Positions 9,057-17,897 of a stretch of 32,000 bases of DNA are shown one piece after another. Positions within the stretch are counted from its first letter, which is position 1. Each line of letters opens with the position of its first letter. A program made the translations under genes and the position numbers. The notes beneath the pieces are model-generated. The model was not told the origin of the DNA. It saw only the letters and a program-made list of their open reading frames with translations, and searched no databases. This DNA comes from Nonlabens ponticola. GTDB lineage: Bacteria; Bacteroidota; Bacteroidia; Flavobacteriales; Flavobacteriaceae. The DNA is taken from the NCBI RefSeq assembly GCF_003966335.1, contig NZ_CP034549.1:1380001-1412000 (forward strand), read 5' to 3'.

Positions 9057-9064
9057 TATTTTTG
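9057..9064 (+). promoter_or_regulatory. Candidate -7 promoter box (TATTTTTG)
   Basis: Matches TAnnTTTG, 17 nt upstream of the GH3 ATG at 9082. Confidence 0.35.
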
Positions 9065-9081
9065 ACCAAATTTCAATTTTC

Positions 9082-10611
9082 ATGGCAATCCTAGGTCCTA
9101 TAATTAAAGCTGCACTCAACGTTCATGAGTATTTCACTCATGTAGATAATCATGTGGAGGCGCAGGAAAAAGTATTGCAGAATTTGCTTGATAAAGCAAA
9201 GGACACGGCCTTTGGAGAGAACTATGACTTTAATTCTATCCTGGCATCAGACGAGCCTGCGGCCATGTTTGCAGATGCAGTACCTTATCATGACTATAAC
9301 TCTATGGATGAGAAATGGTGGCAACGTATTAAAAAAGGTGAGGAAAATGTAACCTGGCCTGGCTTGCCCAACTACATGGCGCGCAGCAGTGGCACTACTG
9401 GCAAGAAATCAAAGATGATTCCCGTAACAGACGAAATGCTGGATGCCATTAGAGCTGCCGGAACTCGACAAGTAAGCTCGCTAACCAATTTTGATCTGGA
9501 TGCCGAGGTTTTTGAAAAAGAGGCGCTGGCACTAGGTAGCAGTACAGATCTTGATGAAGTTGATGGCTTTAAAGTAGGTGAGATTAGCGGTATCGCAGCC
9601 AGTAATATTCCTGAATTTCTGGAAAGTAAGTATCGTCCTGGTAGTGAGATCTCACGCATTGACGATTGGGATGAGCGTGTGGAGCGCATTGCACAGGAAT
9701 CGGGTGATTGGGATATTGCCATGATAAGCGGCATACCGTCATGGCTAGAAATGATGCTTAAAAAAGTGATGGATCACCATGGTGTGGACAGCATTCACGA
9801 TGTATGGCCTTCCTTGAGTGTTTATACATCAGGTGGCGTGGCGTTCGAGCCATATCGCAAAAGCTTTGAGAAGCTATTTTCAAAACCTGTTCAAATCGTG
9901 GACACCTATCTAGCGAGTGAAGGGTTCATCGCTTGCCAGCAGCGACAGGAGACAGATTCTATGCAATTGATTACGGATGGTGGCATCTACTTTGAATTTG
10001 TACCCTTTAAACCAGAATACATAGAGCCAGACGGCAGCATCTCGCAAAATGCACCAGCGCTTACCATGGCTCAAGTGGAAAAGGATGTGGATTACGTATT
10101 AATCATCTCCACGGTCAGTGGTGCATGGCGCTATTTGATAGGCGACACTATTGCTTTTACAGATGTCGATCACGCCGAAATCAAAATTACAGGTCGCACC
10201 AAATTCTTTTTAAACGTTGTTGGTAGCCAGCTTTCAGTTTTGAAAATGGAAAAAGCAGTTCAAGAACTGCAGGAGCAATTCAATACCAGTATCAAAGAGT
10301 TTACCGTGTATGCTCGACAGGATGATCAAGGAGATTTTTATCACTATTGGTATCTGGGAACTGATACAGAAACTAGTGAAGAAGACTTGAAAGAGGCCCT
10401 GGACCAATCATTACAGGAAGCTAACAAAAACTATAAGGTAGCTAGAACAAAAGCCTTGAAAGGAGTAAAAGTCACTAAGGTAGATCCAGATATTTTTGCT
10501 GCCTGGAACGAGCATCAAAAAAAGAAAGGCGGACAGGTAAAAATGGCCAAGGTATTATCTGACGATAAGCAAGAGGCTTGGGAAGAATTTGTTACTAATT
10601 ACAAAGGGTAA
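9082..10611 (+). CDS. GH3-family (auxin-responsive GH3-like) acyl-acid amido synthetase homologue
   Basis: 509 aa. It has the adenylating-enzyme P-loop-like motif ARSSGTTGKKSKMIPVT characteristic of GH3 proteins, and its size is typical of bacteroidetal GH3 family proteins. Confidence 0.75.
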   Translation: MAILGPIIKAALNVHEYFTHVDNHVEAQEKVLQNLLDKAKDTAFGENYDFNSILASDEPAAMFADAVPYHDYNSMDEKWWQRIKKGEENVTWPGLPNYMARSSGTTGKKSKMIPVTDEMLDAIRAAGTRQVSSLTNFDLDAEVFEKEALALGSSTDLDEVDGFKVGEISGIAASNIPEFLESKYRPGSEISRIDDWDERVERIAQESGDWDIAMISGIPSWLEMMLKKVMDHHGVDSIHDVWPSLSVYTSGGVAFEPYRKSFEKLFSKPVQIVDTYLASEGFIACQQRQETDSMQLITDGGIYFEFVPFKPEYIEPDGSISQNAPALTMAQVEKDVDYVLIISTVSGAWRYLIGDTIAFTDVDHAEIKITGRTKFFLNVVGSQLSVLKMEKAVQELQEQFNTSIKEFTVYARQDDQGDFYHYWYLGTDTETSEEDLKEALDQSLQEANKNYKVARTKALKGVKVTKVDPDIFAAWNEHQKKKGGQVKMAKVLSDDKQEAWEEFVTNYKG

Positions 10612-10638
10612 TCTAGCAATACAATTTAATAGGATTGC

Positions 10639-10652
10639 GCTTTCGCGAAAGC
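10639..10652. repeat. GCTTTCGCGAAAGC palindrome copy
   Basis: Exact 14-mer in the spacer between the convergent GH3 and HExxH genes. The reverse complement reads GTTTT-GCTTTCGCGAAAGC-GCAAT. Confidence 0.95.
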
Positions 10653-10694
10653 AAAACTTTACAAAACGTTATAAAGATGACGGACTCCTAAATG

Positions 10695-11279
10695 TTAACT
10701 CATTTCCTGCATACTAGGCTTCTCGCCAGTCTCGCCGTATCTGTTGATCAGCTCTGCAATTTCTTCTGGCGACAAGTAGAATTGGCGCATGTGGTTCTTG
10801 TATTTATCAGACAGACTAGTGTGATTTAAAATGAAGTTTTTGGTTTTTAAGATGTAATTACCCATGCCGTGCTTTACTGCATAGTCATCTGCTGCACGTT
10901 CAACTTCTTTGATATGTGCTTTGGAATACAAGTATTTTAAACCAAAAAAGATCATACCTATGGTAGATCGAGATCTATAATCCATCACGTGTCCCAATTC
11001 GTGACCCAACCAGCCTACCAACACATCATCAGGGATCTCATCAATAGTAAAAAATTTGTCTTCAACCTGAAACTTCTTGCTAATTAAAATGATGTAGGCT
11101 CGGTTTTTACGAGAGGTAAAAAGGCTTTTCCATTTAGGTTGCGCCTGCATAAAATTCTTGCGCACCATATCGTTGAATTTAAATTCAACCTCGGTGTCTT
11201 GCAATTCGGGATAATAAGATAGCGCTTGTTCTGCTTCATTTTGAATGCTTTGTGGCGCAATAAGTTTAGGATACTTCAT
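10695..11279 (-). CDS. Putative zinc metallopeptidase (HExxH motif; M48/WLM-like), function unknown
   Basis: 194-aa ORF with LGHELGHVMDY (HExxH) and a downstream acidic segment ERAADDYAV. I could not assign it to a specific family by eye. Confidence 0.5.
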   Translation of the reverse strand: MKYPKLIAPQSIQNEAEQALSYYPELQDTEVEFKFNDMVRKNFMQAQPKWKSLFTSRKNRAYIILISKKFQVEDKFFTIDEIPDDVLVGWLGHELGHVMDYRSRSTIGMIFFGLKYLYSKAHIKEVERAADDYAVKHGMGNYILKTKNFILNHTSLSDKYKNHMRQFYLSPEEIAELINRYGETGEKPSMQEMS

Positions 11280-11333
11280 TAATTGAAAGATACTGGTAAT
11301 GCGTTCATAGGTCGTGAAAAATGCGTTAAATGA

Positions 11334-11359
11334 AAAAGCATCGCCGCCGCGATGCTTTT
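11334..11359 (-). terminator. Rho-independent terminator downstream of the TonB-dependent receptor
   Basis: AAAAGCATCGC-CGCC-GCGATGCTTTT forms an 11-bp stem with a 4-nt loop. On the minus strand the stem ends in a U-run and is followed by UCAUUU. It lies 23 nt after the stop at 11382. Confidence 0.6.
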
Positions 11360-11381
11360 AAAAAATTGATAGGCTGGCCAA

Positions 11382-13583
11382 TTAAAATCTACCAATAATT
11401 CCTGCATTGATACCAAATGGATGTCCAGGTCGCAAACCAGCTGGTTGTCTGGATACAGCATAATCGTTGTCCAGTAGATTTATCACATTAGTTGTCAGGC
11501 TTACACGAGGACTTAAATGATATCTAGCAGATAAGTCCACTACAAAGTTGCTGTCCACACGATTGGCAGTAGCAATATCACCGCTTCCTGCAATCGTGCG
11601 CATCTCGCCGACAAATCTTGCATTGGCATTGATATCAAATCTCGCATTGGTCAATCCAGCAATGATGTTCCATTGATGATTTGCTATATATGGTATCTCA
11701 TCACCCACTTGAACCTCTCCATAAACATCACTATCAAACGCATTACGGAATTCTGTATCAGTATAAGTGTAGTTTACAGTGATAGGTAAGCCAAATCGTA
11801 AATTAGATTCCAGTAAATCATAACTCAAACTTAGCTCAAGACCGGCAACGTTGACTTCGCCAGCATTAAAAAGATCCGTGGTACCGCCACCACCAGCTGC
11901 TGCAAGATCACTACCTAATAAGTTACTGTAATCGTTAAAGAATAGGGTTGTCTCACCACGCAGTTTGCCGATAAGGTACCTACTTCCCAACTCATAATTG
12001 ATGCTGCTTTCTTCCTCAACATCTGGCGAACTTCCTGGAGGCGAGAAACCTTTATGTACACCACCAAAGAATGCTAGTCGATTATTCCATCTATAATGAG
12101 CACCGATTCCTGGAATAAATACCGAAATGTTATTTTCTCTTGAGGAAAGATCGCTGCCAGTTCTATTGACGTCATCGCTACCAAAATTATTTCTGGACAG
12201 CTTGATATCCTCATATCGCAGGCCAGGCGTTAAGGTCAGTTTATTAAAGTTAAACGTGTAGAGTGCATGTAGAGCAATCGCTTGCGCATCGCTTACGCGA
12301 TTTGCGTCGGTTCCTGGTGTGCCTGCTGTGGTACGATTTAAGGCACCGTTGTCTATTCCATAAAGATCTACCCATTGAAAACGATCTTCTTGATCCTCAT
12401 GATAGCGAGCGCCAACTTCTAGTTCCTGTCTCGCTGTCTCACCCCAATTGATGCGAGCTACCGTTTGAACGCCACGAGAATAGTAAACGCGGTTATTGTT
12501 CTTTACTCCAAAAACATCATCATCTGTATCTTCTTGACTAGAGACTGCTGCAAACTCATCAGCAAATTCATCTGGTCGATCAAGAATATTGTTGATCTTG
12601 ACTTTACCATCACCTGTATCTACATAATCAAGTTTGTACCAGTTGCGCTTGAAGTTATTGGAATATCCAGTTGTTGTTATGGATATGTTGCTCGCAGGTT
12701 TGATAAAATGAGTTAGCTGTATTTGATCATGCTCTTGATCAATTTGATCTGCTGCGCTGGATAAATAGCGACGGTAAGGATCTGTTTCAAAATCTGCATC
12801 GGTAAGGCCTAAGTAAGTCTCATTATCAAGGCCTTCACTGTATTGAAGTTTTAAGGTGACTGATTGAAATACTTTAGCATCTGCGCTGGAGTTGTAGCGC
12901 ACTTTGGTAGTGTAATCATTGCGGTCAAAACCTGTGTTGCCGCCACCATCGAGACTTTTAAAGCCATCGCTATTGAAGTTGAGGTACTCTGCGACAAACC
13001 CAAAATGCTCGCCAGAATCACCTACTCGCAGTTCTGTTTGTCTCGTATTGTAATTTCCAAAATTGATGCGACCGTAGCCTTGCAAGTCAGATGGTACTGC
13101 GCTGGATACAAAATTGATAGCACCACCAGTAGTAAATGGGCCGTATTGAATCTGACTGCTACCTTTGAGAACCTCAACAGACTGCATGCGTGCTACATTA
13201 GGAAAATAATAAGCTGCTGGAGCAGAGTAGGGCGCTGGCGCGATCAATACACCATCTTCCATCAAGGTGATTTTAGAAGAACGTTCTGCTTGGGTTCCTC
13301 TTAGAGAGATATTAGGACGCAAACCAAAACCATCTTCTTCGGTAATATTCACACCAGGAACTTTCAATAGAACCCGATTGACATCTGTGTAATTGAATCT
13401 TTCCAGCTCTTCGGCGGTTACTTTGTATGAACTACCAGTGCGATTTAGCTTTTCAAATCGGCTTCCAAAAAGCGATCGCTGTTTCAAATAAATCGACTCA
13501 AGATTGTTGATGCTGTCATTAGTTTGAGCAAAAAGGGTACTTGCAGAAATCAGCGCCAATCCTGTTAAAAATATTCTTATCAT
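11382..13583 (-). CDS. TonB-dependent outer-membrane receptor (siderophore/metal-chelate type, not SusC-like)
   Basis: 733 aa with a signal peptide (MIRIFLTGLALISASTLFAQ). The plug domain motifs are DVNRVLLKVPGVNITEEDGFGLRPNISLRGT. It has a long beta-barrel and a C-terminal aromatic residue (GIIGRF). Confidence 0.85.
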   Translation of the reverse strand: MIRIFLTGLALISASTLFAQTNDSINNLESIYLKQRSLFGSRFEKLNRTGSSYKVTAEELERFNYTDVNRVLLKVPGVNITEEDGFGLRPNISLRGTQAERSSKITLMEDGVLIAPAPYSAPAAYYFPNVARMQSVEVLKGSSQIQYGPFTTGGAINFVSSAVPSDLQGYGRINFGNYNTRQTELRVGDSGEHFGFVAEYLNFNSDGFKSLDGGGNTGFDRNDYTTKVRYNSSADAKVFQSVTLKLQYSEGLDNETYLGLTDADFETDPYRRYLSSAADQIDQEHDQIQLTHFIKPASNISITTTGYSNNFKRNWYKLDYVDTGDGKVKINNILDRPDEFADEFAAVSSQEDTDDDVFGVKNNNRVYYSRGVQTVARINWGETARQELEVGARYHEDQEDRFQWVDLYGIDNGALNRTTAGTPGTDANRVSDAQAIALHALYTFNFNKLTLTPGLRYEDIKLSRNNFGSDDVNRTGSDLSSRENNISVFIPGIGAHYRWNNRLAFFGGVHKGFSPPGSSPDVEEESSINYELGSRYLIGKLRGETTLFFNDYSNLLGSDLAAAGGGGTTDLFNAGEVNVAGLELSLSYDLLESNLRFGLPITVNYTYTDTEFRNAFDSDVYGEVQVGDEIPYIANHQWNIIAGLTNARFDINANARFVGEMRTIAGSGDIATANRVDSNFVVDLSARYHLSPRVSLTTNVINLLDNDYAVSRQPAGLRPGHPFGINAGIIGRF

Positions 13584-13617
13584 TATTTAGACTTAGTATA
13601 AATAGAATTTCAGATTG

Positions 13618-13625
13618 CAAAACTA
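13618..13625 (-). promoter_or_regulatory. Candidate -7 promoter box (TAGTTTTG) for the TonB-dependent receptor
   Basis: The minus strand reads TAGTTTTG, matching TAnnTTTG, 34 nt upstream of the ATG at 13583. Confidence 0.4.
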
Positions 13626-13712
13626 AAACCTTATTTAGATTTAATAAGAATAAGAAGCGAATAAATTTTTATGAAGTTTTCTAATCAAAAGATTTATAGT
13701 GATAGATAAATA

Positions 13713-15023
13713 CTATTGTACTGTACTTGCTGCCATCTTACAATGTTCATCTATGCAATCACCCAGCGAAACACCGCTTACGAAATTACCAGCGACCTTG
13801 AATCCAGTATTCTGTAATTCCCATTGAGCAATATCATTCAGTAATTGGTGATGACCTACCTTTTTTTGTGGTATAGCCTGTGGCCAGTTTTTATGATCAA
13901 GCAGCTCCAGTTTAGCAGAGTAGCCTGTCCATTTTTCAAATAGCGGCTGGCACAAGGTATCTAATAGTTTTTTTGGCTCATTGGTTGCCGTATGATCTGG
14001 TTTGATGAAAAAATTGATCAAACCATGTGTTTCCGTACGAGCTGTTTCAAAAACTAGAGCATTATACATAACGCCTATCAAATCCTTGCGCTCAAAGCCA
14101 GAGGCTAGAAAGCCAAAACCTGTGCAGCATCGCTCTAATTCCGCAAGATCGACACGTGTTTGCAAGGTGAGCATCGGGTTGTAATCGATAATTAATTTTG
14201 GAAAGTCGGCTGGCATAATTCTAAGCAACGCATAGGATGGCAAGGTTGAGATGACTCGACTAGCAGTAATTTCTTCACCCGTGGATAATTTTATTTTCCA
14301 GTGCGCATCGTTCTTATTTACATTGACTACTTCAGTGTCAAGGTGCATATGATTGTTTTGCTTTCGCGAAAGCGTAACCACCAATGACTCTAAACCATTT
14401 TTCAAAGTAATGATCTTGCGACTGGCACCGGGCGAATTTTTAAGTCCTTTAAGTACGCTTCCAAATTCACGTTCCAACTCGACAAGCCGCGGGAAAACGC
14501 TCGCCATTTCAAGTTCTCTTGCATCACCAGCATAGATACCCGATACTATCGCACCGGCCATACGTTGCGCGACCTGAGTGCCAAATCTGCGCTCAAAAAA
14601 GTCATAGACGCTCTCGCCAGCAGGTGATTTCGATTTAATAAAAGGCTCTTTAAGGATACGCAGTTTCCCAGAAACAGACAGCAATCTAGTGGTAATCAAA
14701 GTGAGCGGCGACGCCTTGAGCGTGTGCAGCTGGTCATCCCAAAGTATCTGGCGTATGTTGCTCTCTTGACGTGCATGAATAATTTCTTTTTCCAGATCCA
14801 GCTCTTTTAAAAGTTCATTCACAGCTGGCGTGGCAACGAGACTATTAGGTCCGTATTCTATGGTCAGTCCATCAACATGCTTAGACTGTATCACGCCACC
14901 AGCTCTGGCTGACTTTTCAAGAACGGCATATTCCACGCCTTGTTTGTGCAATTCAAATCCAGCACTCAAACCAGACAGGCCAGCGCCCAGAACAAGTGTG
15001 TCATAATGTGATTTGAGTTGCAT
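13713..15023 (-). CDS. hemY: Protoporphyrinogen oxidase (FAD-dependent, HemY/PgoX type)
   Basis: 436 aa. It has an N-terminal dinucleotide-binding fold (YDTLVLGAGLSGLSAGFELHKQGVEYAVLEKSARAGG). Its length and its C-terminal GNFVSGVSLGDCI are typical of HemY-type oxidases. Confidence 0.8.
   Translation of the reverse strand: MQLKSHYDTLVLGAGLSGLSAGFELHKQGVEYAVLEKSARAGGVIQSKHVDGLTIEYGPNSLVATPAVNELLKELDLEKEIIHARQESNIRQILWDDQLHTLKASPLTLITTRLLSVSGKLRILKEPFIKSKSPAGESVYDFFERRFGTQVAQRMAGAIVSGIYAGDARELEMASVFPRLVELEREFGSVLKGLKNSPGASRKIITLKNGLESLVVTLSRKQNNHMHLDTEVVNVNKNDAHWKIKLSTGEEITASRVISTLPSYALLRIMPADFPKLIIDYNPMLTLQTRVDLAELERCCTGFGFLASGFERKDLIGVMYNALVFETARTETHGLINFFIKPDHTATNEPKKLLDTLCQPLFEKWTGYSAKLELLDHKNWPQAIPQKKVGHHQLLNDIAQWELQNTGFKVAGNFVSGVSLGDCIDEHCKMAASTVQ
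14360..14373. repeat. GCTTTCGCGAAAGC palindrome copy
   Basis: Exact 14-mer inside hemY, translated LSRK. The plus-strand context is GTTTT-GCTTTCGCGAAAGC-GTAACCACC. Confidence 0.95.
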
Positions 15024-15027
15024 GATG

Positions 15028-15035
15028 CAAAGGTA
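15028..15035 (-). promoter_or_regulatory. TAnnTTTG match (TACCTTTG) only 4 nt upstream of the hemY ATG
   Basis: The minus strand reads TACCTTTG-CATC-ATG. If functional, it implies a leaderless or near-leaderless hemY transcript. It could also be a chance match. Confidence 0.2.
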
Positions 15036-15050
15036 AGTCTTGAATAGATT

Positions 15051-15113
15051 AGTTATCAGTTATCAGTTGACAGTCAACGGTTGTCGGTGGATAGCTGTCG
15101 TGGATCAGTTTTC
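15051..15113. repeat. Degenerate heptamer-phased tract (AGTTATC-like units), including the 13-bp palindrome GTTGACAGTCAAC (15066-15078)
   Basis: Read in 7-nt steps: AGTTATC AGTTATC AGTTGAC AGTCAAC GGTTGTC GGTGGAT AGCTGTC GTGGATC AGTTTTC. The 7-nt phase is the same as that of the perfect heptamer array starting 15173 (15051 + 18x7 = 15177). Confidence 0.5.
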
Positions 15114-15172
15114 AATGAACGATTATTGATTTTAACTTCTTAATTATGTGTTCCTTTCGGCCAATTCGTTAT

Positions 15173-15256
15173 TTCCATATTCCATATTCCATATTCCATA
15201 TTCCATATTCCATATTCCATATTCCATATTCCATATTCCATATTCCATATTCCGTA
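15173..15256. repeat. Heptanucleotide tandem array: (TTCCATA) x 11 perfect copies plus a 12th copy with one mismatch
   Basis: Perfect units start at 15173, 15180, 15187, 15194, 15201, 15208, 15215, 15222, 15229, 15236 and 15243. Unit 15250-15256 is TTCCGTA. The array is intergenic, between the divergent hemY and guaB genes. Confidence 0.95.
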
Positions 15257-15328
15257 CTCGATAGTTCAATTATAAGTTTAAGTTCAATATTCCGTACTCG
15301 ATAGTTCAATTATAAGTTTAAGTTCAAT
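15247..15328. repeat. Perfect tandem duplication with a 40-bp period
   Basis: Positions 15247-15288 are identical to 15287-15328. The unit is TATTCCGTACTCGATAGTTCAATTATAAGTTTAAGTTCAA. The first copy begins inside the last heptamer units, so the second copy also starts with ATATTCC. Confidence 0.95.
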
Positions 15329-15337
15329 CCATCTTCC

Positions 15338-15361
15338 TAAGTCATAACTCTTAAGTCATAA
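15338..15361. repeat. Direct repeat TAAGTCATAA x 2 with a 14-bp period
   Basis: TAAGTCATAA occurs at 15338-15347 and 15352-15361. TAAGT-containing motifs also recur inside the 40-bp unit. Confidence 0.8.
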
Positions 15362-16947
<1,586 letters not shown>

Positions 16948-16948
<1 letters not shown>

Positions 16949-17562
16949 TGAAAATCATTTGCATAGGCCGCAATTATGCCAAACATATTGAGGAGCTGGA
17001 CAACGAGCGTCCCGTTGAGCCTGTAGTTTTCATGAAGCCGGATACATCCATTTTATTGGATAAGAATCCGTTTTTTATTCCAGAATTCTCAAATGATGTT
17101 CATCATGAAGTAGAGGTTGTGGTTAAGATCAATCGCTTGGGTAAGCACATCGATAAAAAATTTGCCCATAAATACTATCAAGAAATAGGTCTAGGTATTG
17201 ATTTTACCGCACGAGATGTGCAACAACGTTGCAAGGAGCAAGGTTTGCCATGGGAAAAGGCAAAGGCCTTTGATGGTGCTACCGTAGTTTCTAGAAAGTT
17301 TATCGACAAGAATGATCTAGGTGATTTAGGACAGCTGGACTTTCAGTTACATAAAAATGGCGAGTTGCAACAAGATGGCAATACAAGTCACATGTTATGG
17401 AATATTGATGAGATCATAGCCTATGTTTCTACCTTTTTCACGCTTAAAATAGGAGACCTTATCTTTACCGGCACTCCATCAGGAGTTTCCCGCGTCATAG
17501 AGAATGACGAGCTAGTTGGCACTTTGAGTGGTCAACAATTATTTTCAATTAGAGTAAAATGA
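16948..17562 (+). CDS. Fumarylacetoacetate hydrolase (FAH) family protein
   Basis: 204 aa. MKIICIGRNYAKHIEEL...PVVFMKPDTSIL and GDLIFTGTPSGV are typical of small FAH-fold hydratase/isomerases. Its ATG overlaps the guaB stop (TAATG). Confidence 0.8.
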
Positions 17563-17897
17563 GTAAACGATATAATCTAGATAACATCAAGGTACTTTCA
17601 GACAACGACCCAGAGTTTATCAAATCCATGGTCGAGGTGTTTTGCCTGGAAATACCACAGGATCTAGAAAACCTGGCGACTGGTGTGGTAGAAGATGATA
17701 GGAATAAGGTACACGAGTACGCCCATAAGATCAAGCCTACGGTAGAGATGTTTGGTTTAAGTACGCATACAGATGTTCTAGTACTAGAAGCTTGGGGTAA
17801 GTCACAGGATCCTATGGATATCAGTGAGCACTTTATGCGCGTACAAGAGGATTTACAGGCTACGGTAAAGCAACTTAAAGAAGATTTTCCGCAATGA
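17559..17897 (+). CDS. Stand-alone Hpt (histidine phosphotransfer) domain protein
   Basis: 112 aa, predicted all-helical. VHEYAHKIKPTVEMFGL resembles the Hpt phospho-accepting helix (HxxKG-type). It has ATGA overlaps with both neighbours (17559-17562 and 17894-17897). Confidence 0.6.
   Translation: MSKRYNLDNIKVLSDNDPEFIKSMVEVFCLEIPQDLENLATGVVEDDRNKVHEYAHKIKPTVEMFGLSTHTDVLVLEAWGKSQDPMDISEHFMRVQEDLQATVKQLKEDFPQ

Noticed and set aside
10639-10652. The 14-bp palindrome copies as ordinary rho-independent terminators.
   Set aside because: The hairpin is at most a 5-bp stem with a 4-nt loop, and no copy is followed by a U-tract on the transcribed strand. Five copies are inside CDSs and two are in divergent promoter spacers, so terminator function cannot explain the family.
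11279-11461. Track ORF 11279-11461 (60 aa, minus strand).
   Set aside because: It overlaps the 3' end of the TonB-dependent receptor and runs through its terminator hairpin. It has no independent support.
13584-13712. A Fur-box-like AT-rich repeat (TTCTTATTCTTATTAAATC on the minus strand) upstream of the TonB-dependent receptor. Also a possible haem/iron link, since hemY is adjacent.
   Set aside because: There is no convincing match to the 19-bp inverted-repeat Fur consensus. What is present is a direct repeat of TTCTTAT in generally AT-rich DNA. The hemY adjacency alone is weak evidence, and the two genes have separate promoters.
15173-15256. The heptamer array as a coding repeat. It is open in all frames on both strands and would encode FHIPYSI or MEYGIWN repeats.
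   Set aside because: The ORF track shows no ORF of at least 60 aa through it. It lies in a divergent promoter spacer, and a 7-nt period would shift frame with every slippage event. The absence of stops is a trivial consequence of the unit sequence.
15173-15328. Could the repeat cluster between hemY and guaB be a small CRISPR array?
   Set aside because: The repeats are directly tandem (7-bp and 40-bp periods) with no unique spacers between them. The repeat units are not CRISPR-like in length or structure, and no cas genes occur in the window.
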